Shown here one piece after another: positions 1-13,950 of a stretch of DNA of 64,000 nucleotides. The DNA is taken from contig NW_026262581.1 of NCBI RefSeq assembly GCF_021869535.1, forward strand, positions 80,476,001 through 80,540,000, given 5' to 3'. Position 1 is the stretch's first letter. Each line of letters starts with the position of its first letter. This stretch comes from Mytilus californianus. Its lineage: Eukaryota. The translations under genes and the position numbers were made by a program. A model generated the notes under the pieces. The model had not been told where the DNA came from, searched no databases, and saw nothing but the letters and a program-made list of their open reading frames with translations.

Positions 1-26
1 CAGTTTATTACTTAATTAAGAACTCC

Positions 27-1143
27 TTTTTGTCGAGCATGCGACTTTTGTCGCAGAAAGCTCGACATAGGGATTGTGATCCGGCGGCGGCGTTAGCTAA
101 CTTCTTAAAAGCTTTATATTTTAGAAGGTGGAAGGTCTGGATGCTTCATACTTTGTATATGGATGCCTCATGTTACGAAGTTTCCGTCAGTCACATGTCC
201 AATGTCCTTGACCTCATTTTCATGGTTCAGTGACTACTTGAAAAAAAAGTTAAGATTTTTTGTAATGTTAAATTCTCTCTTATTATAAGTAATAGGATAA
301 CTATATTTGGTATGTGCATACCTTGCAAGGTCCTCATGCCCGTCAGACAGTTTTCACTTGACCTCGACCTCATTTCATAGATCAGTGAACAAGGTTAAGT
401 TTTGGTGGTCAAGTCCATATCTCAGATACTATAAGCAATAGGTCTAGTATATTCGGTGTATGGAAGGACTGTAAGGTGTCATCTGAGCTTGACCTCATTT
501 TCATGGTTCAGTGGTTATAGTTAAGTTTTTGTGTTTTGGTCTGTTTTTCTTATACTGTATGCAATAGGTCTACTATATTTGGTGTATGGAATGATTGTAA
601 GGTGTACATGTCTAGCTGGCAGGTGTCATCTGACCTTGACCTCATTTTCACGTTTCAGTGGTCAAAGTTAAGTTTTTGAGTTTTGGTCTTTTTTTCTAAT
701 ACTATATGCAATAGTTCAACTATATTTGGTGTATGGAAATATTTTATGATCTATATGTCAGTCACGCAGGTTTTTTTTTTACCTTGACCTCATTTTCAAT
801 GTTCATTGCTCAGTTTTAAGTTTTTGTGTTTTGGTCTGTTTTTCTTAAACTATAAGCAATAGGTCAACTATATTTGTTGTATGGAAGAATTGTTAGCTGT
901 ACATGCCTGCCTAGCATGGTTCATCTGACCTTGACCTCATTTTCTTGGTTCATTGGTCAATGTTTAGTTTACTTGGTTCATTGGTCAATGTTTAGTTTAC
1001 TTGGTTCATTGGTCAATGTTTAGTTTACTTGGTTAATGTTAAGTTTATGTGACAGTTGTAATAAAGCTTTATACTTAGGACTATCAACATAATATCAATG
1101 ATTAGTAAAGAAGGCGAGAAATTTCAGCGTGTGCACTCTTGTT
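27..1143 (+). mobile_element. Non-autonomous satellite-bearing element (HINE/Helentron-associated or Pearl-like)
   Basis: 5' nested hairpin TGTCGAGC-a-TGCGAC-tttt-GTCGCA-gaaa-GCTCGACA (31-67) after a T-run, then a short (GGC)n. Internal degenerate ~147-bp units, with GACCTCATTT at ~210, 366, 491, 638, 786 and 933. A 28-bp unit x3 at 945-1028. 3' end ...GTGTGCACTCTTGTT. The class assignment rests on resemblance to described bivalve satellite-carrying elements. Confidence 0.7.
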
Positions 1144-3959
1144 TCATTCATCAATTCTTTATACTTGGAAATATAATTTTGCTTGGAGTTATAGTTTCTA
1201 AAAAAAGTATTGTCTTTGAAAGAGTTGACATGTTGCAATGTACATTTATTCTACATAGTTCTATGGTACCAAATCAAAAGTTTATATTAAAGAAAGAAGT
1301 CAAAGGTTTCCCATCATAGTTTAGTTACATACATTTTTTTTGTACCTGAGGTCGTTGAATATAGATCATTATATAAATAAGGAGATGTGTTATGATTGCC
1401 AATGAAACAACTATCATCCATACATTGTACTTACCAGTAACAAACCACATTTGCAAAGTTGAATAAAATACAGTTGATAACATTTACTTATTACTAAAAA
1501 GAAAATGCCAAACTATTTTAAACAGTATTGGACTATAAACATAGATAAAAAAGGTATAAACTGGACATAATGCACTAGTTTATAAACAAGTGAGAACAAT
1601 CGCCTTCATATAGTGCTCAGAATATTACATTCATAAAACTTTTTCAATATCATTAGAGAACTCTAAATCTTAAATACTGAAAGCCACCTCTGATAAGTAC
1701 AATGTACTATGCAAGATAATGATATAACTGGACTAACAATACACACAACCTGTAATTAACTGCCTTTACAGCGCTTTCGCGCTTTGATTGTATAATGCTA
1801 TAATTTGCCTTTGGTCGTTTTTTTTTCTTGCTATGGCATTGTCAATTTGTTTTCGACTTATGAGTTTGAATATCCTTTTGGTATCTTTCGTCTCTCTTGA
1901 GATGAAAAGACAATTTTTGACTTCATTCCGTTAACGACGGTAACTGATAATCCACTGTTTGCCAACTTTCATTACGATGCATTTAAAATTGATTTCAAAA
2001 GGAAGAAATTAAATTAATGTCAATTTGTTCATATTTCCAATCACTTTTCAGAAACTTTGGACGTTCTTATGTAAATTGAATATGGGGAACTTTTGTTCTT
2101 TATGCAAATTGGTCGGTTCTACAAATTTTGTATGTTCTGAAGTAACTAAATGAATTAAAATCGTACATGCGTTGCATGTCATATGAAATGCTATTCAGCA
2201 AGATCACACAAGGAAGATATTACATTGTGAAGTGGAGCAACTAACTGAGCTAGAAAGAGAAATTTAATATTTGTTAAAGTGTTTTACCATAAATCATTAA
2301 ATTATTATTGTTCATTAATTTTGCGCTAATCGGCATATGCAAAAGTTTCAATAGACTTAGTACATGTATGTGTATTTTTAAAAGGAAATTACAGTTTTCC
2401 ATATAAAAATTAAGGCGTTCTAGTAATTCTGTGCTTCGTCCGTTAGTACCGTGACATCATTGAGTTAATTTGGTATTACATGTACTTTTCCAACATTGAT
2501 GATAACAATTAAATGTATCCAAACAGTCGCCTAGAATTATCAAAACTTTTATGAAGGATATATAATCCTTGGTCTAATTTTTAAACTTCAGTATCATGTT
2601 ACTTTTTTGCAACAGGTGGTCGGTTCCCCGATAACTATGCAAAACAGGTCAATATCTGCAAGGAGAATATGATGCTTAATTTTCGATCCTTGGTAACTGA
2701 AAGACAATTCATCAATATTTGCTTAATTTTCAAATCATTAGAATTCTGATGACCCGTAAAAGAACACCTATATACAAAAACTGATCTATTTCCTTTATTT
2801 ATTGTTCGAACCTAAAATCTTTTCTTTTTTTTTTCGAAATACATAAGAATTCCAGCATTATATTAGCATGCGCATACCGTTACAGACAAGTTCCAGATTA
2901 ACAATCACCCCTTTTTTAGTTTTTTTATGTTGCAACTTAGGTGATCGCCCTGAACATGCATGAAATATTTGACACAGGACATAAGCAATCAATAATGATA
3001 TAACTTAGAATAAATACTAGAAGCGATATTCGTTACATTTCAATTGTGAGATCGTCGTGTATGAAATTTGACCATCCGTGAAAAAATATGACTTGATACA
3101 TGTACTTCGATATTGAAAAAATGAAGGAGAGAATGTTTCAGTTGTTTGGAAATCCCTATAACAAAGCATGTCCAGATTTGTGAACTTTTTAATCTTAATT
3201 TTCGCTTTATCTCCGTGACAATATCAGCACTCAAATCGGATTTCCCTGTACTTTTAAAGATATTAAGAGTTAAACTATTTTTTAATTGGAAAGAAGACTC
3301 TGAGGCTACAAACTTTAATTTTAATCGATTTTGTATTTACAAGATTGCATGCAGTTTCCATTTATCATCAATGAATTTGATTAAAATATTTCATTCCATC
3401 AAATCTAGAAGAATTATCAAAATTAAATCAGTTCGCTTTATTTTATTTAGATTACTTAGAAATAAGCCTCTCTTAATTGTTATGTCAATTTTACGCCTGC
3501 TTATTTCAGCGTTCAAAGATAACAACACACAGAGAGTTTGATTGATATTAGATAATAACTCCACTCCATATACGTTTTCAATATTTTGTGACACTGGGTT
3601 TTAAAATGGAATTAGTGTTTGTTGAGCAGAAAAGGAAATTAATCAGCACCTGTTGTCAGTGCTTGCAAAACCGTAACAAACAATTCAAGAACACGCTTTG
3701 ATAAATCATTATTTATAGTACATTTATTTATGATCTTGATTTTGATAGAGTGTGTTTCAAAAGTGAAGTATAAATTAATGATACACAATTTGATAGAGAG
3801 GAATAATTTTGAAAGTTAAATCTCTAGATGTATTTTCTAATTTTTGTGTTCTTCTGTTTCCCTCTCATTGACGTATAGATCTCAATTCTTTTCAAACGGG
3901 TCTAATGCTGTCTTAAGCATGTTATGTGAAGTTTTATTCGTATTCGTCAAAAGAGAAAA

Positions 3960-4170
3960 CCAACGCCCTTATTTATGTTTAAATCAATAAACCAAACGCC
4001 AATATAACAGACTGCAACAAACGGCAACCGCTGAATTACTGGCTCCTGACTTGGAACAGGAACAGAAATAATGTGGCGGGTTTAGACATATTTGTAAGTA
4101 CTCAAACTTTCTCTTAACCTGGGACAATGGTTTAACTGCAAAACATAATAATGTAAAAATCAGTTGAAAA
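3960..4170 (-). mobile_element. Decayed short repeat carrying a degenerate twister-like core (4028-4130)
   Basis: Minus strand reads ...CCCGCCACATT...TTCCTGTTCCAAGTCAGGAGCC, preceded by a TGAGTACT(T)A palindrome remnant. Homologous to 28873-29463. Confidence 0.55.
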
Positions 4171-5659
4171 TACGTGCTGTGTTGAATTTGACTTCAAAAC
4201 ATCACCGGCAGAATAAAGTTAAAAATAGAATTACTAGTAGACCCTGTTGATACTGAATTTTTTTTAAAGGAAAGGGTTAGAAACTAGAACTTTTCATTAA
4301 AATTTTATAGATTGTGTGTTTTGTTTTTTTATCTACCGATTAAAATAACTATTTCCTGGAGCTTAGCAATTCTTGATTCATTAAGTTGCAATAAGTTCTA
4401 ACTAAAAGGGCAATCTAATCAACAATTTAATTTGTGAATCATCACATTTGTTTTAGATACTGTCTAATTTTAAATAAGACAAACATCGACAAAAGTTTAA
4501 GAGAATTCAAACGTACTAATTACATAATATGCATGTTAAAACTTACAAAGTCGGTGAAATGCTAGAACCACTGCTGCTCGTGACCGAGGTTGAACATATC
4601 GTAGAAGAACAAGTATTTAACAGGGAACCAGTACAGCAAAATTCATTTGACGTACATGTCAGCTCTTGGTAGGTATTACTGCTATCAGTATAGCTACAGT
4701 TTGTCGTTGCCATAGCATAGAAGCATTTTGACTAGTGTCTGAAAAGGAACAAGAAAAAAACATTATTTTTTTTCTATTGACCTGCTTTTTTATCCATTTT
4801 ATAAAAATATGGAGATGAGGTATGATTGCCAAAGAGACAACTATCCATAAAAGCACAAATACAGAGGATGTAAGCAATTGTTTTCCTTCTGTAGAATGTA
4901 TGCATAACAGAGTTCTCGAAAAGTGGTAGTCCAAAAGTTTTGACTACCAAAATTTTGCAAAGGACCAACACATTTTTGGTATTTTGCAATTAAAATAATA
5001 CTGAGGACCAGCAGATTTTCGTCAAGGACCACCAGAGATAAACGATTTTGAGAACTCTGGCATAATACGCTTAAGATATTTGGACCATTATAAAAGAGCA
5101 ACCATCATTTCTACCATGATTTATTATTATAGTATTGATTCAGAAGTTTATTTTGAAGGAGTTTATTGGTGTGTAAACTCAACCTGAATTATGTCGGGAA
5201 GACTTCGACCTATGTATTCCAGTGAAAGGTCCAGTTTACACATCGATATTATAAACTTTACTACAACGAACCTAATCAAATTAAAATAAAATGTACGAAA
5301 ACTGCGCACAGATCGAATATTTGTCTTAGATAGATGATTTTTTAGTAGTTGTTATTGGCTTTGAACTAGCTGTCAGTAATTGCGAGTACTCTCAGATCTG
5401 TACTTTAAGTCTTTTTTGTTGTGAGGGATGTATAAATTCCCTGCCACGTCCGTTATGTATTTTTGTTAGATGTTTTTCGGCTTTGTATCGATCTGATGGG
5501 TTTCTCAATTGAATTGTTTTATATTTTTCATGTCGGGGCTTTTTACAGACGACTATGCGGAATGGGTTTTTAACCATGCCACATCTCCGTATTTTTATAG
5601 GTATTTTGCCTGTTTAGGAATTCATACTCGTGTCGTAATGATTTCAGTTGAAATGACGC

Positions 5660-6090
5660 TCGCCAATGAAACAAGACATATCATCGTCATTTCCTTCGCC
5701 TATATCAGCCTGCTCAGTCGCTCCGTTATTCTCGTGTGCGGCTTTGCGATGTGAGCAAAACTTTTCAGCGACGTCACAATGTCTGAACAGAATCGAAGTT
5801 ATCAGCGACGTCACAATGTCTGAGGAGAAGTTATCAGTTGCGTCACAATGTCTGAGGAAACGTTATCAATCTTATTTTCGACAAGCGTTTAACTGTCTAT
5901 TGATGTGAAAACGATCGGAAATAGCATGATTAATAGATTATCGGGTTTTCTGCTCATAGAAATCGTAAAATATCAGCAGCTCGACACAATGTGAAGCTTT
6001 TTCGCTCGTTGGCTACGCTCACTCGGTTGATATTAAGAACCGCGACTGATATTTTACGATAACAATGTGTAGAAAACCCATTAATCTATA
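5660..6090. mobile_element. Non-autonomous foldback-type element with a short internal tandem repeat (possibly Crypton-associated)
   Basis: About 3.5 copies of a 32-37 bp unit (TCAGCGACGTCACAATGTCTGA) at 5762-5868. Imperfect ~45-bp inverted arms at 5933-5977 and 6044-6089 flank a CGCTCGTTGGCTACGCTCACTCG centre. Confidence 0.5.
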
Positions 6091-8696
6091 TACATAAATA
6101 CATGTATCTGCAACATTAAAATTCAGAACTGGTTTTAAGACTGAATAAATTGTATATCAACGGTTTTACCTATAGAGATATTTTGTTTCGTAATGTGAGT
6201 TAATTAAAAAAAAATATGCGATAATTCCCACAAAAAGTTGACGCACCGGTAGATTTTAACAAAAGCTCTTTCTTATCCAGGAAATTAAGTTAAAACATTT
6301 AATGTTCACATTCTGACAATCATAATGTCTCTTCTAACACTTTATTTATCAGAGGTATGGAATGACGTCTTATGATCGATAAAACAGTTCTTGCAGCAAT
6401 CAATTATTCATAATAGATATCATTTGTATTGTGATAAATCTTTGAATTTAAAATGCTATATGAAATCTTTACAATCAGGCTAATGGTTAAAACAAAATAG
6501 TCTTTTATTTCATGTCTACGGCTAACATACTAACACTACTTCCTCAAAATTTGTTTTAAGAATTAATAATTCATTCATTTGAAGGAAATTGTTTGAAAGT
6601 TTTTCATTACCAATATTTCTCTTGTTGTAATTCTCCAGACTTTTAATTGAGAATTCAAATTTCAAATTGCAATATCTCTAACAAAAATGTTTGAATTGTT
6701 AATGTTCGTCGGAAAAAATGAAACTGAATTGATCAATCAGTCTTGGAAGAACACTTTATTGAGATTCAATACCTGTTTTTTCTTAGAGTGCCATCAATTA
6801 GTTTCAATTTACAACGAAAAATTAATTACAGTAACTCGTATCTGCAATAAAAGGGATAATTTGACTGGAAACAAATCACTTGCAGAAATATAACTCATAA
6901 AATCGCATAATTTACAAATGAAGAGTGCATTCAAACACGTTTCATCTTTAATCAACTAAGAGAACATAAATGTTTTAAACATGAATTCTACTTGATGCTA
7001 AAATACTATTTTTATCTGCAAAATCAATTTTAAACACAATTATACAAAAAGTAAAGGAATATTTAACACATTTCTTTACATAAAGATGTAGAAATCGAAA
7101 CGAAAAAGCTTTCAGAACAGTCATTTTTCATGAAAGCTGTCAATCTCTCCGGTACACTGCACACAAAATTATAAGCATACATATGTATTCGTAAGAAACA
7201 TGCAGAAACATTTCACATGGGTCATGCTGTCAAAATGTGGAGACCATCTGAGGTTAGAACTGATATTAAGTCTAAAGTCCTTTGTTTTTGTTTTACTGTA
7301 GCTAGGGGTATTCCATATATTTTGTAGGTCGCGTCACATAATGTGCGTCTGTTTGTGTTGCGCAGTACTCCACACTTGTCGAGGTTGAAGGACATGGCCC
7401 AGTTTTCTTACCGTTCTTGCCACATATCCAACTTATTGTGAGTTCACTGTACCTTTTGAATGTTTGGAGTTTCTTCACTGGTCAAGATAACAAAAGAGGC
7501 TGTAATCGTATAAAAAGTACATGAAGTCCGCCATAAGTTAAATTTTAGTTCCAGTCTGGAAACTCGTTAGTTCAATAGTTGTCGTCATTCTATATATCTT
7601 CATGCAATTTATTTGACGTTACTAGCAGATCTTTAATAGCTTATGTCAAAATAATTCCATGTCTAGACTTGTAAAGAATAAGTGGTGTTCTGTTAAACGT
7701 TTTTTAAATGTTGTTTGTTCATTTATTTTCGTCATTTCATTCATCAACAGTTTTAAGTCAAAGAGGTATCTGACATTAAAAGAAAGGTTTCGTATCGAAA
7801 TTATCTTTTTTTAAGTACTCCTTATATAAGGCGATGTAATCACGGGGTGGGGAATTCTACGAGAAAAGGATGTACCAACGAATACAAAAGAAAAACACAT
7901 GAACCAGATATACTATCTTGGTACAAGCACTAAATGTATATGGTAAATACACTAAACTATAAACAAAACAAAAACAAAAAAAACGATAAAAAACGAACAC
8001 ATTCCTTTTCCCTCCATGAAATTTTCAACACCACATGTTACATGCAAAACATACGGAATCCGACCATTTACGTAGCTTTAATTGTTTCAAATTTTACCAA
8101 TTTCTATTTAAATTTGATACATTTGTGTAGCAGGGATTGGGGCGTAATTGATCGAATGGTTTGACGTCCTTTACAACCCCTATAGTATACTCTTTCCCCT
8201 GAATTTGCAATAAGAGATAGGTCATGCATATTCGGTATGATGTACAACCTGGACCATTAAGAGTATTAATTTTGTTTTGAAAGAAAGTGAGTCACCGGAA
8301 AATTAAATGTACATGTTACTAATTGTAACATACAGCTAGGGTTTTTACTGTGTATAATTATTTACTTAAACAATACGGCTGTTTCCTTTGTTATTAAAAA
8401 CATATATATTAAGTTATAACGGGTAACATTTTTTCACGATCATTAGTGTAAACATATTTTATTAAAGAAATCGTTATGTATAGCTACAAGAGTAAAGAAA
8501 TAAATACGAAATATACAAGTGATTCAATAATTGGGATTAGGAAACAAGAGCGGTGCTCTTATATAATTCCGTCTCCCTTTTCACGATCATTAAAGATTCT
8601 AAATTATGGTACTTAGTAAAGCCAACAAAAATCATATCAGAAATATAAATCAATTGTTTTAAAAACAATTGTAAACGGTCTTTCCCCTCCGAAACA

Positions 8697-8883
8697 TGAT
8701 TGATTGGTTGGTTGGTTGGTTGACCGACCAACTGATTAAACACGTGGGATCGGGTCTCTTGGAACACGCGACAAAGAAAGCAATGAGATCTTGGACTCCC
8801 TATTAAACACATGGGACCGAAACATTGATTGATTGGTTTATTGGTTGGTTGGTTGTTTAAATTGGTTGGTTGGTTGATTGATT
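8697..8883. repeat. (GGTT)n/(GATT)n microsatellite clusters, probably SINE tail-derived
   Basis: GATTGGTTGGTTGGTTGG runs at ~8700-8722 and ~8826-8883, next to a CORE-SINE-like fragment (8885-8990). Confidence 0.6.
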
Positions 8884-9989
8884 AAAAGTTGTGCATGGCA
8901 CTCTCTCTATGCAAGGCATCGGACTTAAGGTCCATATTCTGTCGAACGTGGCTGCTTATTTATACATCCCGCACAACCAAACGGACGCCTTAAGTTAATA
9001 ATCAGAACAAAATCAATAGGTCTTTCCATGGAAAAGTGGAAAGACCTAATAAAACAATGCTTATAACTGTTGTACATTTTTGGAGTAAGATTTATGAAAT
9101 ATGCTAAGTTTAGAGACAAGAGTTGAAACCTGCATTTGTGTGCCCTGTTCGATCTACTTTTCAGTAGCAATTGAAAAACATTGACAGACATGCTTGTAAT
9201 CACTCCGGCGTTAATGGTCGACTAGATAGAGTTTCTTTTATACCGTTTTAAACTTTGTTTCGTGTTTTATTTAGAATATCGTAGTTTTCATTTCATTTCC
9301 GCAAATGTTATATTTCTTTCCGTGTTGAATTCATTGTTTGTCTACACGCAGTTATCCTGTTTCAGCTATTTAAAAACTACATTTTGAAAATCCATGTAAA
9401 CTTATATGATTGATTCACTATTATGTTGTGGAATGCAATTAACAAAAAACCTAAGCAGCTTCATTATTATGTAAAGTTCCTTAAGTACATATAATATATA
9501 CCGAGGATTATGGAGCAATTATATCGAAACGACGTCTTGCGTGTTCTTTGTCTATATGAATCAATCATCTATCAAGAAAGTAAACATTGATACTAAAAGT
9601 CCAAATTGCCCATGCAGGAACAATGGATACTGGTAATGAAGATAAAAAATTAAAAAGGTAAAAAAAAATTAAAAAAATTGATATACTAGATAATAGACAC
9701 ATGCCATATTGGTTTCAACATTATTCCTGTGAAACCCTTTACGTGCCATTTGTTTTGAGAATTAAAGGTTTTATTTGGAGGAAGAGGAGAAGGTTATGTA
9801 ATGGTGATTATGGTAATGGTGACAGTGGCATTGGTTGTGTTAATAGTGATGGTGGTGATGATTATGATAATGATGACGGTGGCATCGATTGTGTTAATAG
9901 TCATAGTGGCGGTAATTGTAAAATTGGGTTAGATTTGGTAAAAAATAATTTTCTTTTAGATTTCAAATACTTTTAGGAAATACATGCAT

Positions 9990-10205
9990 GGGTTTACTCT
10001 TATGTTTGTCTATCCAAAGCCCTAGATGACCATAGTTTCATTTGGCACAACTTCATCAGAAATGTTTGGTTTTTAATGCTTTTTAACTTCGTATTTGATT
10101 AAGCCTTCTAATGTGTCTAATTCGAGCGCCACTGACGAGTCTTTTGTAAAAGAAACGCTTTTCTGGCGTACCGAATTATAAGTCTTGTGTCGTTGATAGA
10201 TTTTA
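9990..10205 (+). mobile_element. Decayed non-LTR retrozyme monomer with a broken type I hammerhead (10127-10168)
   Basis: CGCCA-CTGACGA-GTC..-GAAAC..TC-TGGCG. Stem I and core are retained; stems II and III are mutated relative to the 37190-37231 copy. Confidence 0.7.
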
Positions 10206-11087
10206 CGTCAATTTTGTTCAATTTTTATTGAGAATAAAAATTGATAGTGACATGTATACAGTTTTTTGATATATCAAACAAAATGCTCACAAGTGTATTG
10301 TTTGTATTTACCATGTATTAGTTTAACCCAAAAGATCCTCATAAATGCCCATAAGCCTCATCTTCGTCAATTACCGGTTATGTATAGATTGCAAAATTTT
10401 AATCCAGAGTTCGCTCTTAACTTGACGTATTTAAAGAATGTCAAAATCCTTTTGAAGACTCTTTTGTAGACATAAATAAGTATTTTTTCACCAAGATTAC
10501 TTTAAAAGGTACTTTTTTACCGACCTTAATTTCCTCCTCAATACAAAGCCCCCCCCCCCCCCCCCCCCCCCCCTGGCCACGCCCCCGTAAAACTTTATCA
10601 CGTTTGATATATTGTTGTACTTGTTTATGACCTCAATATGAAAAGTGTTTTCAACTATTTTCAATCGAATTACACTTTGATGGCGTAATGGATGACATTG
10701 GATACGGCAGTTTTTATTAAGCCCTACATCGTAATATTGACATTTGATTTTCGACTTCAAAATAACAACAAAATGCTCATATCTCATTTCTATAAATGAT
10801 GACAATCTGTTTAACGGTCGATGCTCTAGTTATTCTTGCATGCGTAATAAACGGGATTGTAAATGTTAAGAACGGAAATTTCATTTAATATGACTTTCAC
10901 TGTACATTTGACAAATGTAATCGAAGGAAAGTGATGAAAATGAAATACGACAAAACAAATAAAAGAAGACAAATGAGACAATATTAACTTCTTAATGTGA
11001 TAAATTTGTGTATTTTGATTTGCCATTGGTTTGATTTTAAGCCACTTAATACATCCGTACAAGATTCGATGCTGTCAATTTTACTGG

Positions 11088-11320
11088 TAGAAGTCATTGA
11101 CAGCATTACCAAACACTGTCCAATTTTAGCACCGAAAACAGGGAACTTTTCAAGGTTTCGCACGATCTGAGCGGGGACGCTACTGATGGGTGTAAAAGCG
11201 TTGACCGAAGCTCATTTTGTATGAAGCGCTTCATACTAAGAAGGGCGCACGATGAACGATTTTATGCCCGATGAACGATTGTACGCCCCTATAAAATTAC
11301 AAAAGAAGAATTTACTTCTA
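11088..11320. mobile_element. Small palindromic/foldback element
   Basis: Imperfect terminal inverted repeat TAGAAGTCATT / AATTTACTTCTA, a perfect 18-bp palindrome GTATGAAGCGCTTCATAC (11219-11236), and a duplicated CGATGAACGATT. Confidence 0.4.
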
Positions 11321-11779
11321 GTACTAACATTCTTACGTTATAAAATACGGAGTAAATCACGCTTTTCAGTTTGTTTTCCTGTACATTGATGTACCGTTGT
11401 CATGGACAGCATGTTTAGGCATAGATGTTATATTTTATAGGGAAATAAAATGTAAATTTGGACTGTTGTCGGCCCATCAAAATTTCGGAATCCTATGAAA
11501 CATCCAAGTTAAGTAATTATACAGAAATGATAAGGAAAACATCTAAAATCGTAGGTGTGGTAAATCGGGAAATTGTATCATGCTTAGGACTATGCAGAAC
11601 ACTCTGCAAATTTGTAAAATGAAAGAACATAATAGTTCATGATTGTTTTCCATTCTTATCAATATGTAGGAAAGATATCTTTTTAAACTATCAGTGTAAC
11701 AAGACTCTATTGCAATTCTCTTGGTGAACAATGAAAACAAAACAATATTTTATGCTGACAGATCGTTTTTGGTAAATAG

Positions 11780-12560
11780 ATATGAAAAGGAGATCTGGTA
11801 TGATTGCCAATGAGAAAACTCTCCATCTGAGTTCAAACGTGGGTGTACGCGACTATAGGTCAACAATGAGCAAAACCCATACCGTTATGAAACGCCCCGA
11901 CATGACAAAATATGAAAAAAATGATTCAAACGGGAAAATTGAAGACATGATGTATGGCAAAAAAAAATAAACGAAAAAAAAATATAGCATGCAGCAACTT
12001 ACGACCACTTAATTACGATCTCCTAACTTGGGAAAGGCAAATACAGAAAATGGCAGAGTTGAAAATGTGTGTGAGCACTCAACCCTTGAAGTTGCCCTAA
12101 ATTAGGATAGTAGTGTTTCAGCACAACATAAAAACAAGATGTAAAAATCAAGTAGAAATTGTTTGACTCTTCAGTTTGGCACGAACTACAAAATTCAACT
12201 AACATAAAGGCAAAAAACACAAAGTACCGGTCTAAGATTGATTGATTGATTGTTGGTGTTTTAACGCCACTTTTGGGATTATTTCGTGGCGGCCAGTTTT
12301 TATTGGTGGAGGAAGCCGGGGTGCCCGGAGAAAACCACCGACCTTCGATAGGAAAACTGACAATCCTATTCAGTTAAGATTGGAGTCGAGTGCACCCGCA
12401 CGAGAGGGGTTCGAACTCACAACCTCAGTGTTGACAGGCTAGTGATTACAGTAGTAGAACTACATAGACCACTTGGCCACCGAGGTCCCCACCGATCTAA
12501 GAGTACTCGCAGTTACTGAAAGCTATTTTTCAAAATCAATTACATGTACAACTAAAAGAT
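11780..12560 (-). mobile_element. Decayed twister-family non-autonomous element, interrupted by a SINE
   Basis: Family 3' end (AAGGAGATCTGGTATGATTGCCAATGAGA on +), degenerate CTCCTAACTTGGGAAAGGC core near 12020, and CGCAGTTACTGA at ~12508 after the SINE insertion. Confidence 0.6.
12238..12490 (-). mobile_element. tRNA-headed V-domain SINE (BivaV-like), full length with target site duplication
   Basis: Minus strand: A-box TGGCCAAGTGG, B-box GAGTTCGAACCC, V-like GGTTTTCTCCGGGCACCCCGGCTTCCTCC, (CAAT)n tail. 12-bp TSD ACCGGTCTAAGA (12226-12237) / ACCGATCTAAGA (12491-12502). Confidence 0.85.
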
Positions 12561-13366
12561 AAAGTATTTTCTCCCTGACTTAAGTGTCAATCGGTACGTA
12601 TCCAATTTAGTAAGACGTCACAAATAGTCTGAAAAAACACGAACTTGAAGCCAGTATGTTTCCCAATTAGATGGCATATGGATTTTTACCTCGTTGGACT
12701 GATTTCTCATTGGCGTATGCCCGACATCTCCTTTTGTTCATCATTGAACTTCTGATCATCAATGTCCGAGAGTATATTAAGATGAAAGTTATCTGCAAAA
12801 TTGTTTTTTTTAAGTCGAGCTAGCCCATCTCTTCGAGACAAAACACAATATTCTGTTTAAAATACAATCATCTAGTTGCTATCGAATTTCAATAAGTAAA
12901 GTACACCAATTTTTGATTTTGCAAATAAATTTTGTGTGTAAGAGTATTCGATGTATGATTTTCGTAAAGGTAGGATATAGTAAAATGCAACTATATATAT
13001 ATATATATATATAAACAAGTCTAAATTGAAACAACATTCAAACCTATGATTGTGTTGGATAAAAACCGCAATTTTTATACGTGTGCATGCAAAACAAATT
13101 TCTTGTTAGAGGGGTCTAAATACAGCACAAACAACATTTTCCAAAAGACAAAAAAAAGTGAAAAAGTATATTTTAACAAAACGCATTTGACTAACAGGTC
13201 GAACAACAAATGTTCTTAAACCCTGCTGACTGCCATTGGCGATTGCCAAATAAACGGATCACCGATGTAATAAATGGATCTTATTTATAATTTTTATACT
13301 AAACAGAAAACAATAAACTTGCGGAAAAGATGGTATACCGCAAAAAGAAGGTGCAAAAGTTTTTGT

Positions 13367-13410
13367 ACACCATATCCGGATTTCGACAATTAATGTCTCT
13401 TCAGTGATGT
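13367..13410 (-). ncRNA. Minimal type I hammerhead ribozyme (copy 1)
   Basis: Minus strand ACAUCA-CUGAAGA-GACA(UUAAU)UGUC-GAAA-UCCGG-AUA^UGGUGU. Stem I is 6 bp, stem II is 4 bp, stem III is palindromic, and the cleavage triplet is AUA. Confidence 0.88.
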
Positions 13411-13906
13411 TAGGAATCGAAACGGTATTTGGAAAGCCATACAATTTACCTCAATTTGGGATAGACTCTTGAATTTTGAGGAGTCAAAATAGGATGAACG
13501 GATCATATAAACCCGAAGGTAAATATAATACAAGTCCAAACGAAAAAATATAAACAAGTCTAAATTGAAAACAACGTTCAAACCTATGATTGCGTTGGAT
13601 AAAAACCGCAATTTTTATACGTGTGCATGCAAAACAAATTTCTTGTTAGAGGGGTCTAAATACAGCACAAACAACATTTTCCAAAAGACCAAAAAAAGTG
13701 AAAAAGTATATTTTAACAAAACGCATTTGACTAACAGGTCGAACAACAAATGTTCTTAAACCCTGCTGACTGCCATTGGCGATTGCCAAATAAACGGATC
13801 ACCGATGTAATAAATGGATCTTATTTATAATTTTTATACTAAACAGAAAACAATAAACTTGCGGAAAAGATGGTATACCGCAAAAAGAAGGTGCAAAAGT
13901 TTTTGT

Positions 13907-13950
13907 ACACCATATCCGGATTTCGACAACTAATGTCTCTTCAGTGATGT
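13907..13950 (-). ncRNA. Minimal type I hammerhead ribozyme (copy 2)
   Basis: Same as copy 1; the only change is in loop II (UUAGU). Confidence 0.88.
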
